From the IMG/VR virus record IMGVR_UViG_2603880214_000004, positions 1-64,000 of that record: a DNA stretch of 64,000 nt; one strand, 5' to 3'. Source of the stretch: a virus. Its lineage: Duplodnaviria > Caudoviricetes. The translations under genes and the position numbers were made by a program. The notes under the pieces are model-generated. The model saw only the letters and a program-made list of their open reading frames with translations, had not been told where the DNA came from and did not search any database. Shown in pieces: positions 19,383 to 29,088 of this stretch. How positions within the stretch are numbered: position 1 is the stretch's first letter; every line of letters begins with the position of its first letter.

Positions 19383-20144
19383 ATGAGCAAATTACTTATA
19401 CATGAAGAACCATTAATCGTGTTACCAGGATTAGCAAAAATGATTGGATTAAACGAAGCAATATTTTTACAACAAGTTCATTATTGGATAAATAAATCAA
19501 AGAATTTCAATGACGGTTATTACTGGGTATATAACAGCTACGATGAATGGCTTAAGCAATTCCCTTTTTGGTCTTCTGCTACATTGCGAAGGATAATAAA
19601 CAAACTTGAGAAGCAAGGGTTACTTATAAAAGGGAATTACAACAAGTTAAAAATAGATCAAACAAAATGGTATCGAATTGATTATGACTTGTTGGAACGG
19701 ATGAGCAGACCATCTGCTCAAAATGAGCAAATGGGGTGCTCAAAACGAGCAGATGGATTGCTCAATATGAGCAGGCCATTACCAGAGACTACTACAGAGA
19801 ATACAACAAAGAAAGTAAGTAGTAGTAATATCTTCGTATTCTATGAAAATAACTTTGGAATTCTAAATCCGTTTGTAGCTGACAGTATTACGCAATGGGT
19901 TAACGATACAAGTGAAGAACTTGTACAAGCTGCTATGGAACGTGCGTTAAAACAACAGAAGAAGTGGAATTACGCTGAGGGGATTTTAAAACAGTGGGCT
20001 AACAAAAACATTAAGACTTTAAATGATGTGGAAGCTTTAGAAGCTGACTATCAAAGAAATAAAGGAGCAAAAAACAATGCAGAGAGCAGCGGCAGCAATA
20101 CCAACCGATATAGCCAAAAAGGTGAATATGACTATGGATTCTGA
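19383..20144 (+). CDS. Replication initiator with DnaD domain
   Basis: N-terminal wHTH (GLNEAIFLQQVHYW), C-terminal YAEGILKQW. Confidence 0.85.
   Translation: MSKLLIHEEPLIVLPGLAKMIGLNEAIFLQQVHYWINKSKNFNDGYYWVYNSYDEWLKQFPFWSSATLRRIINKLEKQGLLIKGNYNKLKIDQTKWYRIDYDLLERMSRPSAQNEQMGCSKRADGLLNMSRPLPETTTENTTKKVSSSNIFVFYENNFGILNPFVADSITQWVNDTSEELVQAAMERALKQQKKWNYAEGILKQWANKNIKTLNDVEALEADYQRNKGAKNNAESSGSNTNRYSQKGEYDYGF
19701..19775. repeat. Iterons of the lytic origin within the initiator gene
   Basis: Three TGCTCAAAATGAGCA-like palindromic repeats at ~22-bp spacing. Confidence 0.7.
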
Positions 20145-20886
20145 TGTGTGTGATACACATGGCATGAATAAGATGAAGTTTGGTGGACAAGTTGTTTGCC
20201 CTCGATGCTTCCTTGAAAACGATAGTAAGAAGCTTCAGCAACAGGAGCAAGCGAAATATGATGCGGATAAAGCGAACGAGAAGAAATTCATGTTTCACCA
20301 ACAAAGCATGATAGCCGATAGCAACATTAAGAAAGCTAACTTTGAAAACTACCAACCTACTAGCGAGGAAGGAGCGAAGAACCTTGGACTCGCAAAGGTC
20401 ATCGCTATGGATTATCTCAATGGAAAAGTGTTTAACACGATTATGGCCGGGAATTGCGGAGCAGGGAAAACACATCTTGCTTACGCTATAGCGGAAGAAC
20501 TTGCAGGTGCGGGGATATTAGTTGTCTTCGTCACAGTTGGCGAATTGCTACGGAAGATTAAAAGTACGTTCAATAAAGATTCCTCCTTAACTGAGGATGC
20601 AATAATTCAAAGTTTAGTAAGAGCACAAGTATTAATAGTCGATGATTTAGGAGCAGAGTTAGGCGCATTAGATGCCAATACAAAAGCAACAAACTTCATT
20701 AATAGGGTGCTATTCGATGTTTTCGATGGCAGGCAAGGCAAATCTACTATCTTCACAACAAACCTCACAGGGAAGCGTTTAGACGAGGCATACGATGAGC
20801 GGATTGTATCGCGGATTCTCAATAATTTCAGAACGATCACTTTCAAAGAAACAAAGGATTACAGAAGAAAGGCATTGCCATTTTAA
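20077..20886 (+). CDS. DnaC/IstB-like helicase-loader ATPase
   Basis: GNCGAGKT Walker A, IVDDLG Walker B, TTNL. Confidence 0.9.
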   Translation: MQRAAAAIPTDIAKKVNMTMDSDVCDTHGMNKMKFGGQVVCPRCFLENDSKKLQQQEQAKYDADKANEKKFMFHQQSMIADSNIKKANFENYQPTSEEGAKNLGLAKVIAMDYLNGKVFNTIMAGNCGAGKTHLAYAIAEELAGAGILVVFVTVGELLRKIKSTFNKDSSLTEDAIIQSLVRAQVLIVDDLGAELGALDANTKATNFINRVLFDVFDGRQGKSTIFTTNLTGKRLDEAYDERIVSRILNNFRTITFKETKDYRRKALPF

Positions 20887-20900
20887 AAGGAGGACGGAAT

Positions 20901-21665
20901 ATGCAAATGCTTGATCTATTTTCAGGGATCGGCGGTATTAGTTTAGCGGCGGATTGGGCTGGAATTGAAACAGTAGCCTTTTGCGAGATTGAACCATTCA
21001 ATCAGAAAGTATTAAACAAGCATTGGCCTATAGTACCAATCTTTTCAGATATACGAAAACTTACAAAACGATCATTAGAAGAACGGGGTGTTGATGTTGG
21101 AACAATTAGCATTGTGGCAGGAGGATACCCTTGCCAACCTTTCAGTGTTGCCGGGGACAGAAAGGGCGAGGAGGATGACCGTCATCTCTGGCCAGAAGTA
21201 TTCCGTTTATTACAAGAAATCAGGCCAACTTGGTTTATTGGTGAAAATGTTGCTGGACACGTCACATTGGGACTCGACAATGTGCTTACTGACTTGGAAA
21301 GTATCGGCTACACCTCACAACCGTTTGTTATTCCGGCTTGTGCCATCGGTGCCCCGCATAGAAGGGAAAGAGTCTTTATTATCTCGTTTCTTTCCAACTC
21401 CAACTGCATCAGATACCAGGGGTCTCAACAATTACGAGAAGACATTAGCAAAATTGAAAAATGGGGAAAGAGCTCATTTGGGACAACTTCCAAACTATTT
21501 GATGATATTGACTGGGAAAAGAGGGCGTTCCAATCCAGCTTTTTGGGAAGAGATGATGGGCTTCCCAATCGGATGGACAGAATTAGAAGCTTAGGTAATG
21601 CAGTTGTACCTCAGCAAATTTATCCTATATTTGCAGCGATAGCAAAGATAGAAAGGGGAGATTGA
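20901..21665 (+). CDS. Orphan C5 DNA methyltransferase, large subunit
   Basis: FSGIGG, GYPCQPFS, ENV, HRRER, SLGNAV; lacks TRD/motif IX. Confidence 0.88.
   Translation: MQMLDLFSGIGGISLAADWAGIETVAFCEIEPFNQKVLNKHWPIVPIFSDIRKLTKRSLEERGVDVGTISIVAGGYPCQPFSVAGDRKGEEDDRHLWPEVFRLLQEIRPTWFIGENVAGHVTLGLDNVLTDLESIGYTSQPFVIPACAIGAPHRRERVFIISFLSNSNCIRYQGSQQLREDISKIEKWGKSSFGTTSKLFDDIDWEKRAFQSSFLGRDDGLPNRMDRIRSLGNAVVPQQIYPIFAAIAKIERGD
21094..21594 (+). CDS. C5 methyltransferase small subunit in an overlapping frame
   Basis: PTPTASD and NPAFWEEMMGFPIGWT (motif IX-like) supply what the host frame lacks. Confidence 0.75.
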   Translation: MLEQLALWQEDTLANLSVLPGTERARRMTVISGQKYSVYYKKSGQLGLLVKMLLDTSHWDSTMCLLTWKVSATPHNRLLFRLVPSVPRIEGKESLLSRFFPTPTASDTRGLNNYEKTLAKLKNGERAHLGQLPNYLMILTGKRGRSNPAFWEEMMGFPIGWTELEA

Positions 21666-21666
21666 G

Positions 21667-21930
21667 ATGTGTGTATGTGAAGGAACAGGAGTAATTAAGA
21701 ACGTTATAGGGAATGGCTGCTATCAATTTGCACCGTGTATTTGCGAAGCAGGGAATCGCAGTCCTGAAGAAGTCGATAGAAGACGTCATGCCGTTATGGC
21801 GGAGTTAAGAGAAATTCATCAATTACAACTGGAGGGGAAATGGGATGCCACGACTTGGAACGGATTTGGAAAAGGAGAATTACACAATGGCGTTGCAGCA
21901 GGGAAAGTACATGAAGAAATCGCGTCGTAA
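21667..21930 (+). CDS. Small Cys-rich phage protein
   Basis: CVCEGTG..PCIC. Confidence 0.6.
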   Translation: MCVCEGTGVIKNVIGNGCYQFAPCICEAGNRSPEEVDRRRHAVMAELREIHQLQLEGKWDATTWNGFGKGELHNGVAAGKVHEEIAS

Positions 21931-22132
21931 TTTATATATCGCTTTGGAAGAGTTGGACTTAGTGTTTGATGAAAGCGAAGTGATTCGATTAAGAGAAATG
22001 TGGGATGAGGATAAAGATATTCTTGAAATAGCAAAAGAGCTAGGAAGGCATCAACTAGAAATCGCCGCATTAATTATGGATCAGGCAGATAAGAATAAAA
22101 TCAAATCGCGTCCAATGGGGTTAGGGGCATGA
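21845..22132 (+). CDS. HTH-like phage protein
   Basis: ILEIAKELGRHQLEI. Confidence 0.6.
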   Translation: MPRLGTDLEKENYTMALQQGKYMKKSRRNLYIALEELDLVFDESEVIRLREMWDEDKDILEIAKELGRHQLEIAALIMDQADKNKIKSRPMGLGA

Positions 22133-22392
22133 AACAACTAACACTGGAGGATGTAGTCGGAAGTTTTGATTATACCGCAACAAGTACCGTGGACAAATTC
22201 TTGAAGCGTAATAGCGTTATGACGTACTCAGTAGAGTTTTACGACAAAGACGAGAAGTGGAAGCTTCGTTGGTTTGAGGCGAAGTCCGAGAGCGAAGCTA
22301 TAGGAATGGCTAAAAAGAAATACGGAAAGATACAGATTATCACCACGTATATTTCTGATAGAACCTTAGAAGAGATAATGAATTTAGATTAG
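22129..22392 (+). CDS. Hypothetical protein
   Basis: Coupled ORF. Confidence 0.6.
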   Translation: MKQLTLEDVVGSFDYTATSTVDKFLKRNSVMTYSVEFYDKDEKWKLRWFEAKSESEAIGMAKKKYGKIQIITTYISDRTLEEIMNLD

Positions 22393-22540
22393 GAGACATA
22401 GCGTTATGACGTATTTAAAAGGTAGAAACTCATTTGATTAAACGAGGCACCCGTAGGCGTCATAGCGTCAGTAGAAACGTTGGGATTATTGGAATCAGAA
22501 AGAAATATGGGCTTCGGATTTACTGGCTATGGGCACTAAA

Positions 22541-23767
22541 TAAAAAAATGGTCCTTACTATTACGTAAGAACCCCATAATCGAAGAAAAAAAGTCGTATG
22601 TGAAACCAAGTGGGAATCACAAATATATTTTAACATCTAAATATATAGTTGTCTATACGTCGAATTAAACAACATAGTTATTTAAACGAAGGAGCCCTAG
22701 ATTTAGGGATCTAGGGCTTCTTGTGTTGGTATAACTCACACAATGTTATGAAAAGAAAAGAACTTACTGAAGATAACATATGAATGTTTCGTAAATGTAT
22801 CAAAAAAGTGAACAAAATAGTTATTTTATGATGAATAAATAAAAGAACCCGTTTGTTATAAACGGATTCTTCCCACAAGATTTGCAAGAAATTCAAGGTA
22901 ACTAGACCGGAGCACTTATTGAAATTCTTGTGATAATACTGTATGCAAAAGAATCAATAAGGTTAATGAATTTTAAACAAAATCCTTATTGGAAAGAAAA
23001 AGAGATAGGATTCACAACCCCATCTCTTCTAACAGAGATAAGTGCAGTTTTGCTTCTTCGCAATTTGGATTAATGCAGTAATGAATAAACGAATGGTCAT
23101 CGTGTTGTATGAGAGGTTGATCACAAGATACACATGTATATAGTGAGAGCATTTTATATACATCCTTACAAATTATGGATTAATTTTAACATAGTTTTAG
23201 CTGGTTGAGGAGTAAGAAAAAATCGTGATTTAAATAAAAGAAACCCCGATTGTCTGCGGGGTTCCTAAGGGTAATCGTCAAGTAATGACGTACTCGACTA
23301 AATAACCATATCATGAATTTTTTGGTAAAAATACTGGTAAATGTGTCCAAATGAGGAAGGGCATCGTTTTGAACAAAAACGCTATTTTGCACAACAAAGC
23401 AGCTAGCTAAAGTAGCTAACTGCCTGCTGTAAATACTATTCCAGATGGATACGCAAATTGTAACTGCAAGTTACATTTATAGTATAAACAGACTTGAAAA
23501 TGTTATGCAGGGAAGTAAACTAAATAAAAATTTCATTTTATAAAAATAAAAACCCTAGTTCCCTAGGGTAATGGTATAGCAGCCAAATATATTTTATCCT
23601 TTTATATCGTAACGTAATATTACGTTGAAAACATCAGGTAAATGAAACCAATTACAGAAAATAAGAGCAGCTAGCAAAAGCTAACTGCTCGGTTCTCCAA
23701 GGGGGAACAAGGAGAAAGTAACTTAATGGGTTGTCTACAGTATTGACGGAATATTGAGTTTTATTCA
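22541..23767 (-). ncRNA. Array of ~100-nt promoter-hairpin-terminator cassettes (putative sRNAs)
   Basis: Minus-strand SigA-, SigK- and SigG-like promoters each followed by a terminator; AACAAAATAGTTATTT-like spacers. Confidence 0.55.
23012..23152 (-). CDS. 46-aa Zn-ribbon peptide MLSLYTCVSCDQPLIQHDDHSFIHYCINPNCEEAKLHLSLLEEMGL (not in ORF track)
   Basis: RBS AAGGA; CxxC..CxxxxC; ends in a terminator hairpin. Confidence 0.6.
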   Translation of the reverse strand: MLSLYTCVSCDQPLIQHDDHSFIHYCINPNCEEAKLHLSLLEEMGL

Positions 23768-23953
23768 CGAGAGATTATATTCTGAAATTTGAATTATGAT
23801 AGTCGATATTCTCCATATTGACCAGAAAAGAACTAAAAGTTCTAGTGAAATTCCAAGGGTTCTTTTCTTAGTTTTTTGAGATTCTTTTATCAAATAGCCA
23901 ACAGCACTAATTGCTATAAGAATGAAAAGAATAAGTTCGAGTGTAACTGGCAT
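23765..23953 (-). CDS. Small two-TM membrane protein
   Basis: Two hydrophobic helices; RBS AGGAG. Confidence 0.6.
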   Translation of the reverse strand: MPVTLELILFILIAISAVGYLIKESQKTKKRTLGISLELLVLFWSIWRISTIIIQISEYNLS

Positions 23954-24063
23954 TCTATCTACTCCTAAAAATAAGTTTGCATATAACGATTATAAGATAT
24001 TTTAATGATTGGTAGTAAAAAATTCAACAAAATAATCCTTTTAATAGAAAGTGAGGAATAACA

Positions 24064-24693
24064 ATGGGGCAAGGTAACCGTGGAATGGCATTTGAAATGC
24101 TTATCAATCTAGCGAATGAAATGTATCAAAGAGGGGGAGTGGCGCTTATTAACAAGCGTCCGACTCCTGTGAAGGTGTTAAAGAGCAAAGGTAGCCGTGT
24201 ACTAAATGGATTCTATGAAGCAAAGAGCACAGTAGACTATGATGGTGTATATAAGGGGCGAGCTGTAGCATTTGAAGCGAAGTCTACAGAGAAAGATACA
24301 CGTTTTGATTTAAAGAACATTGCACAGCATCAATTGGATTACCTGGAGAAAGCGGAGAAGATGGGAGCGATATGCTTCTTCCTTATAGAATTCAGTAAGG
24401 ATAAGTCAGTATTCGCAGTGCCACTATCAGTCATTCAATCTTATGTAAGGATGTCTCATCAACCGAAGGGCAAGAAGTCTATACCAAGAGCAGACTTTGA
24501 TATTTATGGGTATTTAGTAGAACAGACAGAACGAGCGCCGATTGATTACTTGCAATATGTTGACGAAGTAGTAGCACCAGTCATGTTTGATGGAATGATT
24601 CAATTTGATCAGGACTATCAAAAGGTAGCGAATAATATTGAAGCAGCAAAAGAGAAGATGGCCAACAAGAAATGTAAATTATTAAGGGTTTAA
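24064..24693 (+). CDS. recU: Holliday junction resolvase RecU
   Basis: NRGMAFE, KRPTP, STVDYDGVYKGRAVAFEAKST, HQ. Confidence 0.92.
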   Translation: MGQGNRGMAFEMLINLANEMYQRGGVALINKRPTPVKVLKSKGSRVLNGFYEAKSTVDYDGVYKGRAVAFEAKSTEKDTRFDLKNIAQHQLDYLEKAEKMGAICFFLIEFSKDKSVFAVPLSVIQSYVRMSHQPKGKKSIPRADFDIYGYLVEQTERAPIDYLQYVDEVVAPVMFDGMIQFDQDYQKVANNIEAAKEKMANKKCKLLRV

Positions 24694-24831
24694 TGGATAA
24701 CGGAACCTTGCATGGTGGATGGTAGGCACTATTCGCTATGCATGTTTCCCTTATTCAACAAAGAGATAGTAAAATTTCACGTACCTGATGTGAATGTAAA
24801 AAGACAAATTCAGAAATAGGGGGATTCCTTC

Positions 24832-25218
24832 ATGGAGAGACAATTAACATTATTACCGACTATTGATAGAGAGACAGAAAAACAGGTTCAGAAAGAAGTA
24901 GTGAAAATACTAAAGGAATACCGCGCATTAAAAACTCGTTTTGAGAATGAAGTGGAGTTACAACACGAAGGAATCAGTTTGTTTCCAGAGATTAGGGACA
25001 CGAGATATATTAGCAATATCAAGTTCAAGCAGATCGATAAGGCTTTAGAGTACGTTTTGGATTATGACGAGGCTGAGATCATCAAAAGGAAGTACCTAAA
25101 TGCAGATAAACCGAAAGACAGCTTTATTTACACTGAATTATCGATGAAGAAAGATCACTTCTATTATAAGAAGAAAAATGCGATTCGATTGATCGCGACA
25201 TCTTTAGGGATGATTTAA
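24832..25218 (+). CDS. ArpU-family late transcription regulator
   Basis: EAEIIKRKYL..DSFIYTEL..YYKKKNAI. Confidence 0.85.
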   Translation: MERQLTLLPTIDRETEKQVQKEVVKILKEYRALKTRFENEVELQHEGISLFPEIRDTRYISNIKFKQIDKALEYVLDYDEAEIIKRKYLNADKPKDSFIYTELSMKKDHFYYKKKNAIRLIATSLGMI

Positions 25219-25278
25219 TAATACAAAAAAAGCCAAATTAACAGTTTTTAATTAACTATCCATTTGGCTTTTTTTGTT

Positions 25279-25617
25279 TTATTTTTTAGGCATCCATGTA
25301 TGTCCGCAATTCATGCAACCATTAACAATATTTTTTCTACCAACAAATCCACTGAATAAAATTATCGGTGGTCCTAGAAGTACAATAAGAAGACCAACAA
25401 TTGCAGAAAGTCCAACAACTCCATCCATAGAATTTCGAGGAACTATAACATATAAAAAATTAGAAACTATTCCAATAGTTATAAGTGTACCTAACAGAAG
25501 AAACAGAATAAAAAACGCCCTTTTGAAATTATAACCACGCTTATTACCGACTATTTGATCTGATTTGCATTTCCTACAAACCACGCGCTTTGTTACTTTT
25601 TCTTTTTGTACCGTCAT
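25279..25617 (-). CDS. Membrane protein with split Zn finger
   Basis: CRKC - two TMs - CMNCG. Confidence 0.65.
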   Translation of the reverse strand: MTVQKEKVTKRVVCRKCKSDQIVGNKRGYNFKRAFFILFLLLGTLITIGIVSNFLYVIVPRNSMDGVVGLSAIVGLLIVLLGPPIILFSGFVGRKNIVNGCMNCGHTWMPKK

Positions 25618-25819
25618 GTCTAACCATCCTTGCTTTTTATAAAATTATAATAGCTTAATTATATGATATTATTACCTGAACTGGATACAAATATTATCAA
25701 AAAAAGAAAAAATATAATAAATTGGAATGTTTATGTTTTTAAAAACTTCGACAAAATACCGACAAAATTGGGGACTAAATAGGGGGAATTTTGATAATGA
25801 AATCAACGATATTCTTAAT

Positions 25820-26622
25820 GTACAAGCCCTTTGACAAACGCATATCGAAGAGGATTAGTACACCTATAAGTGAAACGTTCTTATGCGAGAATGTCACGGT
25901 AACGTATACCGCATAGTAGGGCGGGCAAGGCGGTACGAACCCGCGTTAAGACGAAAAGACCAATGAATGTATTACAATGACATATTCCAGTGTGGCGGGT
26001 GTGAGATAATTCGCATTCGTCATGCTGTTTCTATTGTATTTATCAATCAGCTCGGAATGCGTCCTCTGGGTTGATAATAAATATAAGTCTATTTCTCTCT
26101 AATATATTGGTTCTTGAAAATGGAATGGGGGTGGTTGCTCATGATTGAGTGACACTTGCATTCTAAAAAGCTAAAAAGTATACGTATCTCGTACGTTAGT
26201 AATTACTCACGATTCTTATTAATGACCAAAACGAGGGCAAAGAGTTCCACTCTTTGTTTGAGCCAATACAGCGGAAACATTCCCCTTCCGTCCCCTTAGT
26301 GTATTGGTTCAAACAAGGGGTCGGAAGAAACATATACGTCTTGGATATAAATCCTTTATAATTCGATATTGGTCAGCGGAGGCCTTGCGACAGCTGATGT
26401 ATTGACCGACTCTACGGAGTATAAACGAGAAGATTCCTAGTCTTCTCCCAGCCACCGAACGTAAAGCGCGTAGCTAATAAGAGCTAAAAAATTATATGAT
26501 GCGGTGGCTTGGAGAAGGTTGAGAGTTATCAGCCTTGATCTAAGAGAAACTTTTGCCATTTGTTTTCTCTCTTTTCTCCCATCCCCTTGAAAGCTGTCAC
26601 TTCGGCGATGGCTTTTTGTTTT
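25820..26622 (+). ncRNA. Candidate large structured RNA (~800 nt)
   Basis: No credible ORF; at least 8 stems rich in G-U pairs; ends in a cUUCGg terminator. Confidence 0.6.
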
Positions 26623-26691
26623 GTGAAGAGGATTGTATCTAATTATGTCGAATATAAGTATTTGCATAAAATGCACAAGGGAGATGGAGAA

Positions 26692-27057
26692 ATGGAAAAT
26701 TTAGAAACCGCAGAGATTAAAGAGCGTTTAGAATTCCTTGAGTTTAGACAAAAATTACTTTTCGAAAACACAGATTTATCTAGGTATTTATTTGAAATGG
26801 AAGTAACAGAAGAGCAACTTAAACGTATTTATAATTTGATGGATGCTTTGCGTGAAGAGATACGTGAAGAAAAACTTGTAACACACAGCGCATACGAACA
26901 ACAGATTTATGAAATAGTTCCTGCGAAACGTGGCAATTATCACTTTGCGGAGAGTATTTCGCAACTTTTACATGAGGCAAGACGTTGGCCAGAGGTATTT
27001 GAACATGTTTATGGTAGTATGGAAAAATTCAAAAATTATTTAAATAAAGAAGAATAA
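26692..27057 (+). CDS. DUF1878 (YhaI-like) protein
   Basis: ERLEFLEFRQKLLF; RBS GGAG. Confidence 0.6.
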   Translation: MENLETAEIKERLEFLEFRQKLLFENTDLSRYLFEMEVTEEQLKRIYNLMDALREEIREEKLVTHSAYEQQIYEIVPAKRGNYHFAESISQLLHEARRWPEVFEHVYGSMEKFKNYLNKEE

Positions 27058-27195
27058 TGTCAACAAAAGCATCCATAACGGGTGCTTTTTTCTTTGTTAT
27101 ATAGAAATTACACATTAAACGTATTTAAATGCTGTTTTAGGTATAATGTCAATTGACTCATCCTGGTACAGATAACAGATGATTTTCTATTTAGA

Positions 27196-27402
27196 TTAGA
27201 TGTTAAATGTACCGTGAAACTCTTGGAAATACAATGCTGGAAAAGGATAATGATATTGGTGTATTACGGGATAAGGCGGAATTGTAGGAGTAAAGGGTAT
27301 GTGCCCAGGATGCATACCATACTGACCATATGAAGGATATTGAGGTAAATGTTGCCAAGACGAAGCTGGAGCTACAACAATCCTCATCGGTAAAGGATTC
27401 AT
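27196..27402 (-). CDS. Pro/Tyr-rich small protein, spore-coat-like
   Basis: Composition; RBS AGGAG; CATA-type -10 upstream. Confidence 0.55.
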   Translation of the reverse strand: MNPLPMRIVVAPASSWQHLPQYPSYGQYGMHPGHIPFTPTIPPYPVIHQYHYPFPALYFQEFHGTFNI

Positions 27403-27774
27403 AATATAATCACTCCTAAAGTAGTATTCATGTAATAGGGTATGCGCTCACTGAATATAGATGTGCACAATCTAGGCCTATAAACATAATAATTAACGAA
27501 CAGAAAATATGGTTACTGATCTTATGATGTGTCAATTATGGGTGTTTTATTTTACCATGTAGATGGAACAAACATGTGTATAGCAATTATTGTAGGCGCT
27601 GCTGTGATCTGGGTGGCGTCTTGTTTGTTGTTAAGGAAAGATAAGGGGTGAGGGGACTTGCAATTTGAAATATTATTAGTCTAAAAAACAAAACATAGAC
27701 TAGTAAACAAGCTGTTTTCACCGTTTATTCATAGAATATGATGAATTCTATTTTTAGAGGAGGGAATCATATCT

Positions 27775-27987
27775 ATGGGATGGGATAATAATTTTGGGCA
27801 TTCTCGAGATTGTAATAGATTTTGGGATGATTTAGTATTTTGCGGATGCGGTCGTAGACGTAGAAGAAACGATTTTAACGACTGTCATTGTAGACGTGAC
27901 TGCGATTGTGATGAGTGTCGTCGCAGACGTAATCATGACCGCGATCGTGACCATAATCATGATCATGGTGATCATCGAGATTGGTAA
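27775..27987 (+). CDS. Cys/Arg/Asp/His-rich small protein, spore-coat-like
   Basis: RBS GAGGAGG; CHCRRDCDCDEC, DHNHDH. Confidence 0.65.
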   Translation: MGWDNNFGHSRDCNRFWDDLVFCGCGRRRRRNDFNDCHCRRDCDCDECRRRRNHDRDRDHNHDHGDHRDW

Positions 27988-28134
27988 AATCTTTTGAAAG
28001 AGTGCATATTTTAATTGCACTCTTTTTTATTATGTTTTTATGAGTACTTATTAATTCGAAGAATACAGTTTCAATTTGATTTAACATTTAACAAAACAAA
28101 CGAACACAACGAACGAAAATAGAGGAGGAAAATC

Positions 28135-28341
28135 ATGAACTCTAATGTTACGTTTTCGATGCAAATGAATGGTGAAAGTAAGGATGCAACTGCTTATGTT
28201 AGTGGTATCGCAAATATTGCTGTTTTTCTGCTAGCTAACACAGATAGACGTATAGTTGATAAGTTGTTAACTCAAGTTGGCGAAGAAGAGAAGATGTTCA
28301 TTAAAGCTACTTTATCAGGATTAAAACATCATTCTCAATAA
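28135..28341 (+). CDS. Hypothetical protein
   Basis: RBS GAGGAGG. Confidence 0.55.
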   Translation: MNSNVTFSMQMNGESKDATAYVSGIANIAVFLLANTDRRIVDKLLTQVGEEEKMFIKATLSGLKHHSQ

Positions 28342-28344
28342 GTA

Positions 28345-28462
28345 TAATGTCTCAAAAACATTTGATTATGAGACGTCGTTGGACTTAACTAATTATCAAT
28401 GATTGTTATGTATCAAAAATATGTATCGAAAACAATTGAATTCGAGACATGAAATTGATACA
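28345..28462. promoter_or_regulatory. Putative res site
   Basis: Inverted pairs tgtctca..tgagacg and tgtatca..tgataca directly upstream of the resolvase. Confidence 0.55.
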
Positions 28463-28494
28463 ATTAACCTATCAAACATAGAGGGTGATGGGGA

Positions 28495-29088
28495 ATGATA
28501 TTTGGTTATGCGAGGGTATCAACAAAGAAGCAAAGTTTAGATATGCAGTTGGATGAGTTGAAGCGATATGGTTGCGAGGAAATCATAACTGAAAAAGAAA
28601 GTGGCGCGAAGAAGGATAGGAAAGAACTTCAACTTCTTCTTGGTAAACTTCGCAAGGATGATACATTAGTTGTTTATAAACTGGATCGCTTAGGGAGGAC
28701 AATGCATCAACTTGTTAATTTACTTCAAGAATTTAATGAAAAGAGTATTCACTTTGTTTCTATTAAAGACGGAATTGATACATCTACAACAATGGGAAGA
28801 TTCCTATTTCATATATTTGGTGCTATGGCAGAAATGGAACGCGAAGTAATTAATGAGCGTGTTATTAGCGGTGTAGCTGCTGCTAAAGCAAGAGGAAGAG
28901 AAGGTGGAAGAAAGAAAGCTCATACTCCTCAACAAATACAAGGCATGATGGAAATGCTTGCTTCTGGTAAAACAAAAGTTGAAGTGTGTGAGATGTTCGA
29001 TGTAGCTCGTGCAACCCTTTATAGGTATATAAAAGAACATGATTCTAAACAATCAGTTTTAAATGCTGAGGAGGGTAAAAATGAATAG
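28495..29088 (+). CDS. Serine recombinase (resolvase/invertase)
   Basis: GYARVST, KLDRLGR, C-terminal HTH. Confidence 0.95.
   Translation: MIFGYARVSTKKQSLDMQLDELKRYGCEEIITEKESGAKKDRKELQLLLGKLRKDDTLVVYKLDRLGRTMHQLVNLLQEFNEKSIHFVSIKDGIDTSTTMGRFLFHIFGAMAEMEREVINERVISGVAAAKARGREGGRKKAHTPQQIQGMMEMLASGKTKVEVCEMFDVARATLYRYIKEHDSKQSVLNAEEGKNE

Noticed and set aside
25820-26622. tRNA cluster or protein gene (ORF 26437-26676)
   Set aside because: No cloverleaf/TTCGA-CCA pattern found; the ORF lacks an RBS and is antisense to the structured strand
28495-29088. Phage integrase
   Set aside because: 197 aa, lacks the large recombinase/Zn domains; resolvase type
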